A stretch of 64,000 nucleotides of DNA from a virus (taxonomy: Duplodnaviria > Heunggongvirae > Uroviricota > Caudoviricetes). Below, piece by piece: positions 26,701 through 35,179 of this stretch. A program made the translations under genes and the position numbers. The stretch lies in the IMG/VR virus record IMGVR_UViG_3300010403_000023. One strand, written 5' to 3'. Under the pieces are notes generated by a model. That model saw only the letters and a list, made by a program, of their open reading frames with translations, was not told the DNA's origin and did no database searches. The first letter of the stretch is position 1. Each line of letters begins with the position of its first letter.

Positions 26701-29021
26701 ATGCTCATTATTGCGGTTCCCAGTATAGTATTTACGATTGCATAAGTTTGTCTATTAACTTCATCTTTTGGACTATCTCCAATTACCGTTTTTGAATTTT
26801 CATAGGCGCTATTATAATTATTTATAGCCAGAGGAAGAAGATTGGATGCGGTTTCATATCGCTTCCCTGCAGTCGCTACTTTACCTAAAACTTCTGCACC
26901 TTTCAGCGCTTCGCCCACTAGCCCACCTTGCGCCATAAAACTTGCTACAGTTCCTACGCCACCAGCCATCTCTCCTAAGAATCCCTTCCAGTTATCCATC
27001 TGATGTTGCTCTACTGGCATCTCTCCGGTAAATACCTTGCTAAAGCGACCTGTTGGACTAATGCCAGGCAAAGCATTTAATGCTGCTTGGGCTGCTTGAC
27101 CATATACGGAAGATGCCGTGGGCACGTATTCGGGTTTCACCATAGCTATTTGCTGTGGTGTTAATCCAGCTTTTTTACCATATTCTTTTATTTCATCTGG
27201 AGTTAATTCGGGTCTGGTAAATATGGTACCGTATAGGGGATTTTTTTCATTATTGAATGCGTAACTACCTATCTTATTTCCGTATAGTTTTCCGAAATAT
27301 TCAGGATTATCTTTTTCTAAAGTGCTATAAATATCGTCAGATTTCGGTGCTACTTCTTTAGCGATATCCTCTTGGCCGTTTTCCTTGGCAAGCTGAGCCG
27401 CATTTTGTCGCATCTTCAACCCTGCATATTGATAATCAACTCTTCTATTTTTATCAATAGCAATACCATTGATGTATTTATTCAAATCATCCTGCGCGAC
27501 TTTATCTCCAAGCATAGCTTGTTGCTGTAATCCCATCCTCACTGCATCGTATTGTTCTGATGGTTTTATTGCTCTTTTTAGGCCAGCATACTTTAATTTT
27601 ATTGCTGCTTTTTGCTGTGGTTCTGCTTTTGATAATTCATCTTCTTCTTGTTGATTAAGAGCGTTAACTCTTGCAGGGGAATCTTCTCCCTTATTTTTAT
27701 TTTGCGTAAATTCCTGGTAAGCTATTTGAGCGCCAGTAAGTGTTTCGCCTGCCTTATGTACCTGCGCGATTTGATTATCATACTTTTTATTGATTTCATT
27801 TTCGGCATTTTGATAACCTGGATCTAATGATGCATCAGAAGACGGTAAATCTGTTGGTCTGCTTGCAGCTAATTTATTAAGTTCAGTTTGACGTTGATGT
27901 TCTAATTGAGTAGTGGCGTATTGAGTATAATCTCCGGTTCTTTTAGGATCACCATGCGGATCTGTTGTATCATGAACCACACTTCCCTTCTCATTAAAAG
28001 GAGTTGTGCTTAAATTTTCCAAATAGGAAGGATGCGAATTGTCTATTATGTGCGACGCAAGAATATTTGCTGCGTCTTCAGGACGCTCTAATGCCGGTTT
28101 TTGACCAAGTAAGAGCGGTAAATTAGTGGTAGGATCTACTGGTGTAAGAGTATTTGCTATTTCTGGCGATAGCGATTCTGTATTGGAACCGCCAGTAGAT
28201 ATAGGAAAAGTATCTTTGGAAGATGAGGCTACCTGTGGGGCTTCGGCGGATTGAAGTTGACTATTGCCTATTACTGGTAATCCAGTAAGTGGATCTGTCG
28301 GTGTCAGAGTTGCTGCAACATCTGGTGGAAGAGGAGTATTATTATGCGGTGGATTTTGCCAGTCAGCAGCACTGTGTGGATTAAATCCACCTGCTACTGC
28401 TCCATTGGCTTGTGGAGGTTCGCTATTCTGCGAGACACCATTTTGACCAAGCTGCGAATTGTTTGCCACACCATCTGCGGATACGTCCGGGCTTTTTTTT
28501 TGAAGGTCAGTGTCAATTACAGGTAAATCGTCGTCACTCCAAGAAGATGAGTTAGATTGACTTGCATCTTTTGATGGTTTGCCAATATATTTATCAATAG
28601 AAACATTATTATCACTTGTATCGTCAATATGATTTTTCAGCCATTTCTTAGCACCTCCCTCTCCTTTAAAGTGAACGAGCATTTTTAATTGCTGTTCATC
28701 ATATCCATCTTTATTAAATCTTCTCAATTTTTCAATAGAAGGTTCTAAATTATTTCTGGAATGCCATTCAAAAAATTTCTCTTGCTTTTCTGGACTTTTC
28801 AAGAATTCATCTTCTGTTTTTACACCAGTAACTTTTTGAATGGCCTTCCAATGATAAGACGGAACAAATTGATATTTACCTAAAGCGCCTGTATTTGGGT
28901 TTACTACATTATAATCTCCGCCATTGCTTTCTACATCGGCTATTTTACCTGTAAGTTCATTATCAATTACTGGTAAATCATCATCACTCCAGGAGCTACT
29001 AATTTTATTTTTGTCAGGCAT
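20775..29021 (-). CDS. giant virion-associated protein (2748 aa) with an N-terminal lytic-transglycosylase-like motif; tape-measure or ejection-protein candidate
   Basis: N-terminus VESNGGDYNVVNPNTGALGKYQF resembles the SLT catalytic motif ES..N..A.S..GA.GLMQ; long K/E/Q-rich helical and low-complexity regions; the SSWSDDDLPVID motif is duplicated at aa 8-19 and about 157-168; two in-frame IGR-1 cores. Confidence 0.8.
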   Translation of the reverse strand: MPDKNKISSSWSDDDLPVIDNELTGKIADVESNGGDYNVVNPNTGALGKYQFVPSYHWKAIQKVTGVKTEDEFLKSPEKQEKFFEWHSRNNLEPSIEKLRRFNKDGYDEQQLKMLVHFKGEGGAKKWLKNHIDDTSDNNVSIDKYIGKPSKDASQSNSSSWSDDDLPVIDTDLQKKSPDVSADGVANNSQLGQNGVSQNSEPPQANGAVAGGFNPHSAADWQNPPHNNTPLPPDVAATLTPTDPLTGLPVIGNSQLQSAEAPQVASSSKDTFPISTGGSNTESLSPEIANTLTPVDPTTNLPLLLGQKPALERPEDAANILASHIIDNSHPSYLENLSTTPFNEKGSVVHDTTDPHGDPKRTGDYTQYATTQLEHQRQTELNKLAASRPTDLPSSDASLDPGYQNAENEINKKYDNQIAQVHKAGETLTGAQIAYQEFTQNKNKGEDSPARVNALNQQEEDELSKAEPQQKAAIKLKYAGLKRAIKPSEQYDAVRMGLQQQAMLGDKVAQDDLNKYINGIAIDKNRRVDYQYAGLKMRQNAAQLAKENGQEDIAKEVAPKSDDIYSTLEKDNPEYFGKLYGNKIGSYAFNNEKNPLYGTIFTRPELTPDEIKEYGKKAGLTPQQIAMVKPEYVPTASSVYGQAAQAALNALPGISPTGRFSKVFTGEMPVEQHQMDNWKGFLGEMAGGVGTVASFMAQGGLVGEALKGAEVLGKVATAGKRYETASNLLPLAINNYNSAYENSKTVIGDSPKDEVNRQTYAIVNTILGTAIMSIDPATALGKDALGMSKAGKDFIKTLKTEGIENLTKPEFQSKIAKVIQGAIGTGEHTVKQATIMASTKAAENITDMLYDPDHRHGIMDNTGEAFMRGGVGMFLPSLFAAKHAVNNQSEINKKMAFDVGLNSQQYRSEVTDLYKQGKLTQDEFHTALDGINSLSRIIKVQLPYVKSIDGRDLTMQQKQDYSWSLLKTEDLNKRLATLENSSDKAQENQVNTLLKSEEKTRTDILNKAGEVQSINKPFQPKTEPGGTSSKLFHQEPLKLEKSTEELEPTGAIATEAAKVPEGETPKINEEKLVNTENTSIPLESEIKTQTEQDEKSNGIEQTSLQQTPNIGQEVNTLSEGKDDGKGQEQSGQSRQLSEQSGKENEAGVETPAKPVSDRKRRKLIIEEEPILSEQKPEQNASPQTEKQQQESAQQGSVPEHARTEQAGSEAQATETKNSNSAERSPKKKKVKPPTEFQTRKKAALSGEPSSFREAVLHLIVGGERVNPKDLTQDLGISGNDMKPYLRRISAKGTSVDNFVERYVKDETNPHKIGFVDSHPDATQEARREFMDVWQQYGHDDHAALEELERIQGKGHQKWEEEKYSAHTEGEKLSTATEDEINNFLDHGDFESHQKATDAIRDAELTDKDSDHIISYLSSHINDEGKVDHHTALDISSGEFKEMYENLSPAGKELFDSLLAEKESGGFVELNEKQKADFKKLQDEAAVKKTTRSNSETPEGSASESAPAGSDQRENNEPVSTEEKLIPSPEVERSVATGAQSDKQTPATKEKSGTTFTTSKGSEYQVNKDGSTTRNKSVHNEPGHEGTEGLQQPSDKTYYVTKEDADKLSEVGVSGLPEGESRVIADIGDGKIAVGITSDNEERHGKYIGRTAVEYSTEPKVGLHPVEVIPGKTPHFGNEIVSVKNETQPKPLSIEERIQAERTVHQKLIDQGKAAETKRQKALKSKDPAAIQEATDKVNDIKDKVLAKEAKIDKLINNQTNESAFHKAADWVETKYAKNKKEHEGASYATILGISPKIADHVSDFLVARIVEGLRGVGNLEIAIRRGLRQTKEKYGEEAKELSDKDIEKLKESGMFKAETLKAEPSLSIDNEEYAKDILADIFSGKISHEDAVKEIMDEVIENKDGNPVSDTVSENAKAKVLNYLDWHIQQDITSIKNATTRLRREQFGLGEEIPAAHKEFGETWDEAKKKIEDNPQTALNLIEELSQKARPLTDVENAVLLHHQNTKEIELQNFNDNINKAADEGNQGAIIENKVSKARVLDELQQIYDINKAVGTENARGLASRRMMVDRKYSLVNMISEKRATANEGKSLSDTQQEDIEKLHKNIKDTQEAFDNYIKESESKIIDLQRKAMTGLLKNKKTASTKLREWAERIRQASKNQAYSSPIPITPHMVADAIDVIAYGVEKGEQLVDLIKKAIAQTSNANPGIDEQDLEKEINKAVMDSGILDISPERKKATDASALFSNGRLDREAVRLKVDADRAKAQYDINLKRDQEKQLSKVAKYQNWFIKWQRAFKLSNPLTMGKLMMAGMTRLTTTPLEDIVGGAYSAILPQLAKGAIGEGGGLNINETAKAYKNGLMLGLKDASEIMSKKSQGKSQLDVLFGKAGELPPEAIDFFGQLHSAAKAPIKRTIFERSIERRFRRNIANGVDVTDPMVQTSILMDSYKDANRAIFMQDNKVAEGWRKLINHFDQVDPKTGKAPSKLISSSLQWLVPFVKVPTNIAAEIGTHVYGVPVGAAKLIHAAFTGGIENLPPDEKEIILRNLKKGSLGIAALALGYFNPQNFGGFYQPGQKRDEDDAEALGLKLFGAKIPAWFIEAPIFQAMQIGATVRRVKDKVVKGEPQGISEGLWAGASGLVNDIPLASQPVRVSKLFGSKHERDYYLGELAKSTVDPALITYLAKVTDPADEGNPIRKMIAPENKRATPKTIGEHIKSGVPFLREQLNVKNSHQSTTGAGAGGDWLPDVNK
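24395..24440 (-). repeat. IGR-1 copy embedded in frame in the giant gene (TTTATCTGATTGGGCGCCTGTTGCGACGCTCCGTTCAACC; encodes ..PEVERSVATGAQSDKQ..)
   Basis: The reverse complement contains the core plus a CAATCAGATAAACAAACC box. Confidence 0.7.
25863..25880 (-). repeat. IGR-1 variant B core embedded in frame in the giant gene (GGCGATGGCACCGGTCGG; encodes ..PTGAIATEA..)
   Basis: Direct reading of the sequence. Confidence 0.55.
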
Positions 29022-29024
29022 ACA

Positions 29025-30833
29025 TTATTCAATTGGTATTCCTATTAAATTTCCCTTCTTATCTTTGCCTATTATTTCATGCTTTTTCCCATTAAAAACA
29101 GCTATTTTTTTTCCGTTTTCCACTATTCTATCTGTCGCGGCAATCGTATTAGGGATAGTTACCTGTACTGCCGGCTGCTTTACGTTAGTTTTTTCCTTTG
29201 AAGTTTCCGTTGCCTGCTTTTCATTAGCATGTACTTCATCTACCCATGCAGTTTTATTTTCGTACACTTTAGGGTCGTAATCAGCTTCATGTTTCAATCC
29301 GTTGATGATGGCCTGTTTTTCAGGTACGGTTGCTACTACTTGGTTATCCTTAAAATATACTAATTTCTTTTCGTGTGTCTTTATATTTTCTACTGGAACT
29401 ACCTTATCTGGAACTACCGACGCTATTGTAGATTTCTGCGTCACTGAATTTCCAGAGGCATCTTTCTGCGTGGTACTCACATCAGGATGAGGTAATCCGA
29501 TGAATTTATCCGCAGTTTTATCAGATATTGCAGGATAAATTTTATATTCCTCCGGATCAATCCCGCTACGCTTCCAAAAATCTGGATATTGTACACTTAT
29601 TGGTTTAGGCGCAGTTCCATTAGTAAAAACGTCTTTAACTTCTGTTGCGATAGATGCTACAGCCTTTTTATCTTGCTCCTGCTTTAATTCCTCTGTCGTA
29701 GGCTTGAGGGATTTACCAGTACGTAGTTCTGTTTCTTTCAGTGCCGCCTCTGCTTCTTCTTTCCGGGCCTTGGCTTTTTGTTCTGTTGTTTTTGCTACCT
29801 CCAGTTCGTCCGGCTTAGTAAGAGCGCCTGACTTTTGCAATTCCAATGCAGTTGCTACTACTCTGGGATCTTGATTAAGCACCACCTTACCATCTGGTGT
29901 TACGGTTCCCAGATTTAGCTTTGGAAAGCCCCTTTGATCAGTGAGGTTATTTACATTCTGTTGCCATGCCTGAAAAGCCTCAGGATTTGTCGCTTCCGGC
30001 AGTTGTGATTTTAAAAGTGCTTGCTGACGGATATACGCCTGGTTAAGCATATCCTTGTCGGTAGAATATAATATAGATTGAAATCTTCTGTTTGGCACAC
30101 CTTCTCCGTCATCAAAACTTTCAAATCCTTTTCCTTCTTTGTAGTCTTTTTCTACGTCAATAAATGGTTTTACTACCGGGCCAGGAAGGTGCGCATCAGG
30201 CATTTTCAAGGCGGATAAAGGAGTGTTTTTTATACCATCTATTACTTGCTGAATTCTTTGTTGTTCATTGGGGTCTGCTGTTTGAGATAACTCCTGCTGT
30301 AATTTAGCCGTTTGTATCTTACGCATAGAGGCTATCGTTTTTAATCTGTCCTGTTTATCCATATCAGATTGAAATTCAGGACTATTAAACGCTTGCGTTG
30401 GATTATTCATCCATTTTTTGCGAAAATCATTTACGGATTTATTTAAATAATCGTCATCTTGCTCCAACGGTGTCATGCTTACATCATTACCATTCTCATC
30501 TTTTTGGTTGAAGGCACTCATTTTGTTTTGATGCAATATTTTAAACAATTCGTTCCTGTCGTCTATCCTTTGCTTGTACTGCATTACTTTGTCTGCATGG
30601 TCGAAGTCCATGAGTTTAGACATAGTATCATGCTGGAACTGGGCCTGCTGGCGTTGTTTTGCTTGTATCGCTGCGTTGTTTTCCGTATCTAAACGGGTGA
30701 ATGTTTCCTGTAGAGGTTGAAAAGGGGCTTTGTTTGATGGATCGTAATTTATAGCACCTCCTCCTAATGCCGGGTCTCCAGGCATACCTATAAGTTGTTC
30801 AGGAGTAAGAAAGGGGGCTGCTATGTCTGCCAT
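29025..30833 (-). CDS. hypothetical virion protein (602 aa; Q-rich)
   Basis: Immediately downstream of the giant gene (4-nt spacing). Confidence 0.65.
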   Translation of the reverse strand: MADIAAPFLTPEQLIGMPGDPALGGGAINYDPSNKAPFQPLQETFTRLDTENNAAIQAKQRQQAQFQHDTMSKLMDFDHADKVMQYKQRIDDRNELFKILHQNKMSAFNQKDENGNDVSMTPLEQDDDYLNKSVNDFRKKWMNNPTQAFNSPEFQSDMDKQDRLKTIASMRKIQTAKLQQELSQTADPNEQQRIQQVIDGIKNTPLSALKMPDAHLPGPVVKPFIDVEKDYKEGKGFESFDDGEGVPNRRFQSILYSTDKDMLNQAYIRQQALLKSQLPEATNPEAFQAWQQNVNNLTDQRGFPKLNLGTVTPDGKVVLNQDPRVVATALELQKSGALTKPDELEVAKTTEQKAKARKEEAEAALKETELRTGKSLKPTTEELKQEQDKKAVASIATEVKDVFTNGTAPKPISVQYPDFWKRSGIDPEEYKIYPAISDKTADKFIGLPHPDVSTTQKDASGNSVTQKSTIASVVPDKVVPVENIKTHEKKLVYFKDNQVVATVPEKQAIINGLKHEADYDPKVYENKTAWVDEVHANEKQATETSKEKTNVKQPAVQVTIPNTIAATDRIVENGKKIAVFNGKKHEIIGKDKKGNLIGIPIE

Positions 30834-30859
30834 TTTTGTTGTTTAATTTTTGTTAGTAG

Positions 30860-30920
30860 GGGCTTGGAATGCTATGAAGGGTCCGTTGCGACGCTCCGTG
30901 CAGGGTTCGGGGAACTATTT
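30860..30920 (-). repeat. IGR-1 copy (variant A, reverse; core TTGCGACGCTCCGT at 30886-30899; GCAGGGTTCGGGGAACTATTTGGC arm)
   Basis: About 75 bp near-identical to the 52385-52460 copy; left boundary of mini-cassette A. Confidence 0.85.
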
Positions 30921-31042
30921 GGCGGTAAGAGGTTTTTTATTGACGACATATCTTCCTTACCGAAGGAATATATTCCTGTTGATGTTCCATGCAACCTCTT
31001 TAGTTCCATTCTTAGCTTTCTTATAAAAAATTTATTTTCCAT
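30872..31042 (-). CDS. cassette A small ORF (56 aa; MENKFFIRKLRMELKRLHG..NSSPNPARSVATDPS)
   Basis: Short ORF between inverted IGR-1 copies; shares a 5' leader and start module (GGATTAAACTTTGTATATTTTATGG) with cassettes B and C and a repeat-encoded C-terminus; speculative. Confidence 0.25.
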   Translation of the reverse strand: MENKFFIRKLRMELKRLHGTSTGIYSFGKEDMSSIKNLLPPNSSPNPARSVATDPS

Positions 31043-31074
31043 AAAATATACAAAGTTTAATCCTTGACTGAAAG

Positions 31075-31135
31075 ATCAACGGAGCGTCGCAAATCAGGCT
31101 GATAGCTATTCTCCGCTGGTAACAAAAATATTTTT
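31075..31135 (+). repeat. IGR-1 copy (variant A; core at 31078-31092; AATCAGGCTGATAGCTATTCTCCGCTGGTAACAAAAATA)
   Basis: Right boundary of cassette A; near-identical to the 36236-36295 copy. Confidence 0.85.
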
Positions 31136-31969
31136 CTACTGCCAGTACATATTCGAAAACGGATTTGTTTGCGTATTTGCTGGTAAGTTTACTGGTTGAT
31201 TTCCTGATGCGTATTGTGGTGTTTCCCCTCCCATTGCTCCAGTCATAAAAGGAGATGAGTAACCACCCATACCTAAATTGCTTCCGCCATAATCCTGTCC
31301 ACTGTTTCCATTTCCTTGCCCATTCCCGCCTCCCGAAGGCATCTGTGACTCTCCTGCACCTCCAGCGCCCTGATCGCCTCCTCCTTGCCCTCCGCTGGAG
31401 TTGCTACTGAACAATTTACTACCCAGTGACATTAACCCGCTTCCTGCCATGTTCAAACCGGAGTTGAACATATTATTTGCTCCTTGAAGTTGCCCGTATA
31501 TGGAAGTCATTTTATCTTTCCACGGCTGCTCTTCATTGATAGTCCACTGCTTATCCTTATTGGCGCTCATTCTGGCCCATACGTTCTGCAGGTTAGACAG
31601 GTGTTGTAGCCGTGCCTGATCTTCGTAGATGGCATTCTGATTGAGTGAATTTTGAGTATTACCAGCAATGGAAGATATAGTATTAGGATCGGCGCCACCT
31701 TTTAACGCTGCATTGTAGGCCGCTGCGGAATTACTTTCCGTTTGGTTTTGAAGCTGAGTACGGGCCGCATCGCTCATACCTTGCCCTGCCTGACTTTCTG
31801 CAAGGTTCTGGATGTTGTATTCCTCTGGATTTATACCGTACTTAGGACGGTTTGCGCTTTCGGCATCATACTGCTGCTGGTATTTTTTTTTATTAATACC
31901 TCCCCAGATGGCTTCGCCTGCGCCAAGTAATAATCCTAACCCACTGCTTGCTATCCCACCGGCCGGCAT
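31136..31969 (-). CDS. Gly/Gln/Asn-rich low-complexity virion protein (277 aa)
   Basis: GGQGGGDQGAGGAGESQMPSGGGNGQGNGNSG tract. Confidence 0.55.
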   Translation of the reverse strand: MPAGGIASSGLGLLLGAGEAIWGGINKKKYQQQYDAESANRPKYGINPEEYNIQNLAESQAGQGMSDAARTQLQNQTESNSAAAYNAALKGGADPNTISSIAGNTQNSLNQNAIYEDQARLQHLSNLQNVWARMSANKDKQWTINEEQPWKDKMTSIYGQLQGANNMFNSGLNMAGSGLMSLGSKLFSSNSSGGQGGGDQGAGGAGESQMPSGGGNGQGNGNSGQDYGGSNLGMGGYSSPFMTGAMGGETPQYASGNQPVNLPANTQTNPFSNMYWQ

Positions 31970-32493
31970 ATAATCAAAGTTTTAGTTTCGTCTGTTAATA
32001 ATTTATTCGTCCTATCCACTACAAAGCCATTTCGTTCAAAAAAGTTTATCGCCCTTGAATTTTTACTCCAAAGTACGATATAATAAGGAGTTTTAAAAAT
32101 ATCTGTCAACTTTTTTAACCATTCAGTCTTCACCTCTTCACTTCTGTATTTTTTATTGATACCAAAGGAATATAACTCATTCGGTAAGTTTTCATTTTCA
32201 ATGATGATTGTATAGCCAACCTCCGCTTCTCCTACTATTACAGCAAAGAACTTAATATCCTCCTTGTAGTGATTGACGTTTTCTTCTATAAATCCCATTG
32301 TATGCTGTACACAGTGTTCCAGCGTACCGGGAGATACATGGTATTGCTCCAGAAGTTTATCGTCTCCTTCAAAGGCCAGTGAAACAAAATGTTCCATGTC
32401 GGCCTTATCAATAGGAACGAGAGAGACTTGGATTTTGTTGTTCATATCCTTCGTGTTCGCAGCAAAATACCATTGTCCACACGAAACTCCCAT
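31951..32493 (-). CDS. possible GNAT-family acetyltransferase (180 aa; start uncertain)
   Basis: C-terminal pattern ..YYIVLWSKNSRAINFFERNGFVVD resembles the GNAT motif A/B region; weak. Confidence 0.4.
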   Translation of the reverse strand: MGVSCGQWYFAANTKDMNNKIQVSLVPIDKADMEHFVSLAFEGDDKLLEQYHVSPGTLEHCVQHTMGFIEENVNHYKEDIKFFAVIVGEAEVGYTIIIENENLPNELYSFGINKKYRSEEVKTEWLKKLTDIFKTPYYIVLWSKNSRAINFFERNGFVVDRTNKLLTDETKTLIICRPVG

Positions 32494-32659
32494 TGGACCA
32501 CACCATAGAAAAATTACGGTGTAGCACCTCGTGCGTTTGTTCGTATGCGTTTATCTTGGCATTAAATTCATCCCGGCCTTTCTCGTAACTGGGGAACTTA
32601 ACGTCAATTATCTCGTAGTATTTTTGCTTCGGACTTTCGTTTTTTTCGTTTTCTGCCAT
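32408..32659 (-). CDS. hypothetical small protein (83 aa); overlaps the upstream track start of the GNAT-like ORF
   Basis: Charged N-terminus MAENEKNESPKQKYYEI; the overlap probably means the neighbour's true start is internal. Confidence 0.3.
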   Translation of the reverse strand: MAENEKNESPKQKYYEIIDVKFPSYEKGRDEFNAKINAYEQTHEVLHRNFSMVWSNGSFVWTMVFCCEHEGYEQQNPSLSRSY

Positions 32660-32669
32660 ATATTTTGGT

Positions 32670-33761
32670 TTACCACGGTCTTGGGGCGGTTTGCATCTTT
32701 GTGATATCCTCCATTCTAACCGGATTTAAGAATTTGAATACTTCCTGTTTTGCTGCACGGAATGCGTACTTGGCATTTAATTTATCTCCCTCACCAATCC
32801 TGGGATTGAGATACTTCTGCCGGTACACCATTCCTATCTGTACGGCCTCTACTGCATATTCCGGTACCAATATCTCACACTCCGGCACTTCACCGTTGGT
32901 TTGATAGCTGAGGATGATTTGGCGGATAGACAAGCGCCACTCATGCTCCTCTTCCACGGTATGTCCGAAGTGAGTGCGTTCGTGTCCACCGAAAATATGG
33001 ATGATCTGGCGATCCGCTGCATTGTAGTTCCATTCTCCCCAGTAATTATATGCGGATGGAATGAGCTCCCGGTAAACATTCCTGTTTTCCCAGAAGAATC
33101 CCTGGTTCTGCCATTCGCTAAAGAAATTACCGCAGCCACAACGTGTTCTGAGCAGGTCCATATTTGGCCGTGTAGCCTTTATACAACCTTTGTCGGTAGT
33201 TTCTACGTTGCAGATGGTTTCGGTCGTGGTATTGTAAATTACTGTCCCTGTACTGGTATCCCAGGAAGGTGTAGTTGTTTGTGTCTGGACTATTCCGTCG
33301 CCGGCATACTTGGTATAGATAGTTTGCGTATAGTCGGTACCTTGTATGTTCACAGTTACAGTCGTAGCGGAGATACTATCAATAGCACCACAAAGGGTAT
33401 CTTTTCCTCCGCATATATCGCAGGTGCATTTTGATTTCAGGCAACGTATCTCTGCGGTGTTCAGGGCGGTATTAAATCCTAATGGATGGAGTATGCCACG
33501 GCAGTCTATAACTGATAGATTGATCACACGTTCGCAGTCGTTTGGCAGTGTGATGGTGTCGTTATGGCAGTCTATTGGAAGTACAGTTTTTTTGATGTCG
33601 TATATGGTGCCACGATAAACGTCTTTCCAGCTCCATTTCGCATGACGTAACTGCTGCATGTACAACGCCTCACGCATATTTCCTTGCGCAAGACAGAAGT
33701 CATCTACCATGTCTGATAGAGGCATTACTGTGTATCCATATTGACGAAATGTTTGTGACAC
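32670..33761 (-). CDS. hypothetical Cys-rich structural protein (363 aa)
   Basis: Clean ORF. Confidence 0.6.
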   Translation of the reverse strand: MSQTFRQYGYTVMPLSDMVDDFCLAQGNMREALYMQQLRHAKWSWKDVYRGTIYDIKKTVLPIDCHNDTITLPNDCERVINLSVIDCRGILHPLGFNTALNTAEIRCLKSKCTCDICGGKDTLCGAIDSISATTVTVNIQGTDYTQTIYTKYAGDGIVQTQTTTPSWDTSTGTVIYNTTTETICNVETTDKGCIKATRPNMDLLRTRCGCGNFFSEWQNQGFFWENRNVYRELIPSAYNYWGEWNYNAADRQIIHIFGGHERTHFGHTVEEEHEWRLSIRQIILSYQTNGEVPECEILVPEYAVEAVQIGMVYRQKYLNPRIGEGDKLNAKYAFRAAKQEVFKFLNPVRMEDITKMQTAPRPW

Positions 33762-33899
33762 TGGTTCTTTTTGTTTTTACTTTTTTTACTTGGGCCCATT
33801 ACTTTTATTGTCTTAGGAGATATCTGTCCGTTTTGGGAGATATTTATCTCTTTAAGTAAGCGTAGCCAAGTTGCATATATATCTATAACCGCCATTGTT

Positions 33900-33985
33900 T
33901 TTTTTGTTAGCCATCATTCTTATCGCTTGGCATCGCCTGTTGCGACGCTCCGTGCGGGGTTCGGGGAACTATTTAACTTTTCTCC
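33900..33985 (-). repeat. IGR-1 copy (variant A, reverse; core at 33940-33953; TTGTTAGCCATCATTCTTATCGCTTGGCATCG arm and GCGGGGTTCGGGGAACTATTTAAC arm)
   Basis: The 5' arm is near-identical to 35975-36010; left boundary of cassette B. Confidence 0.85.
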
Positions 33986-34114
33986 TGTTAAAAACATGTG
34001 ATTCATTTCGGTTGCGGCCTCCTCAAATTTTACGATCATTTCTACCGGTATAAAAAGCACACTATTCTCTTCACATTTATCTTGCTGGTTCATAATTTTA
34101 TATTTTATACTCAA
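33920..34114 (-). CDS. cassette B small ORF (64 aa; ..GEKLNSSPNPARSVATGDAKR)
   Basis: From the ORF track; flanked by inverted IGR-1 copies; the C-terminal third is repeat-encoded. Confidence 0.3.
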   Translation of the reverse strand: MSIKYKIMNQQDKCEENSVLFIPVEMIVKFEEAATEMNHMFLTGEKLNSSPNPARSVATGDAKR

Positions 34115-34134
34115 AGTTTAATCCTTAAATGCAG

Positions 34135-34195
34135 TTGAACGGTGCCATCGCAAATCAAGCAAAATAGCATCCCGAACCTCTGCTATCAAAGTTTC
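34135..34195 (+). repeat. IGR-1 copy (variant B; core AACGGTGCCATCGCAA at 34138-34153; ATCAAGCAAAATAGCATCCCGAACC)
   Basis: Right boundary of cassette B. Confidence 0.8.
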
Positions 34196-34213
34196 CCACA
34201 AATACCCACTTCT

Positions 34214-34477
34214 CTACACTACTTCCCAGTTTGTTGCTTCTTTATCTTTTTTCGAAGGTACATATACTGCTACTTTACAATCACATATCCTTTCTTTACA
34301 GTCTTCAACCAGTAAATTTTCTGCAGCATAGTTTGTTTGTTCAAAATCTTCGTCTCTGAACAATCTTACTATCCTACATCCATCCCAGTCTGCACAACGT
34401 ACCGCATTACCATCTAAGGCTGCTTTCTTAGCCAGCGTATAGGTCATATTTTTTGTTGGCGTGTATGTAAGTACCAT
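34214..34477 (-). CDS. hypothetical protein (87 aa)
   Basis: Clean ORF. Confidence 0.5.
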   Translation of the reverse strand: MVLTYTPTKNMTYTLAKKAALDGNAVRCADWDGCRIVRLFRDEDFEQTNYAAENLLVEDCKERICDCKVAVYVPSKKDKEATNWEVV

Positions 34478-34483
34478 GGTCTC

Positions 34484-35179
34484 TTATTTTCCTAAATTTG
34501 GATTTACCTGCTGCTCCATTACAGCATTTGGGTTTTGATCATCTACTTTCTGCACTACTGTACCTTGTCTTGCTTTTGCAAAGATAGTCCAAACTGCTTC
34601 AACTATTTCCGGTACTATATTATCTGACATCAGGCAGTCATTATCCATCTGTGCTATTTCCGGTATATACTGATAGGTAATTTCATAATTTTCCTTTGCT
34701 CCCCAGAATACCACCTCGCTTCCCGGTTCTTTCTGACCGTTAAGATAAAAAAGAATTTTTGAAATAGAGGGCATTACCTGGCGAAATCTACGCTCGTTGA
34801 GTGATATTTTACGAAAAGTACAGCAAGATTGCCCTTGCTTGCCTGAACTATGTATTCCCTGTAACGCTGTGGCCGCACCATCAAAATCGAATGAATATAC
34901 CGGATGCTTGGTAATGATGTAGTGCTTATGCGTGGTTCCATCATACTGTATTTCTTGCGTTTCTTCCAGCAGCCATGTCCCAGGTATCTCAATGTTAGGA
35001 AAGCCGTCCATTTGCTTGTTAAGGCGACGTTCCTGCTGATAAAAAGTATTGAGCATAGAACTGTAGGTAGTGGCCACATGGAATTTGAAGTCGTCAATAT
35101 CCAGGAACCTGTCCCCGGGCGTATAGTTTTGCTCGTACAGATCCTGAACTCTTTGTGCTACTTCAATTAGTTTTGCCAT
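34484..35179 (-). CDS. hypothetical structural protein (231 aa)
   Basis: Tight spacing within the structural operon. Confidence 0.6.
   Translation of the reverse strand: MAKLIEVAQRVQDLYEQNYTPGDRFLDIDDFKFHVATTYSSMLNTFYQQERRLNKQMDGFPNIEIPGTWLLEETQEIQYDGTTHKHYIITKHPVYSFDFDGAATALQGIHSSGKQGQSCCTFRKISLNERRFRQVMPSISKILFYLNGQKEPGSEVVFWGAKENYEITYQYIPEIAQMDNDCLMSDNIVPEIVEAVWTIFAKARQGTVVQKVDDQNPNAVMEQQVNPNLGK

Noticed and set aside
31951-32493. Confident GNAT acetyltransferase call
   Set aside because: Only a weak C-terminal resemblance (..AINFFERNGF..) supports it. It is kept as a low-confidence suggestion rather than an annotation.
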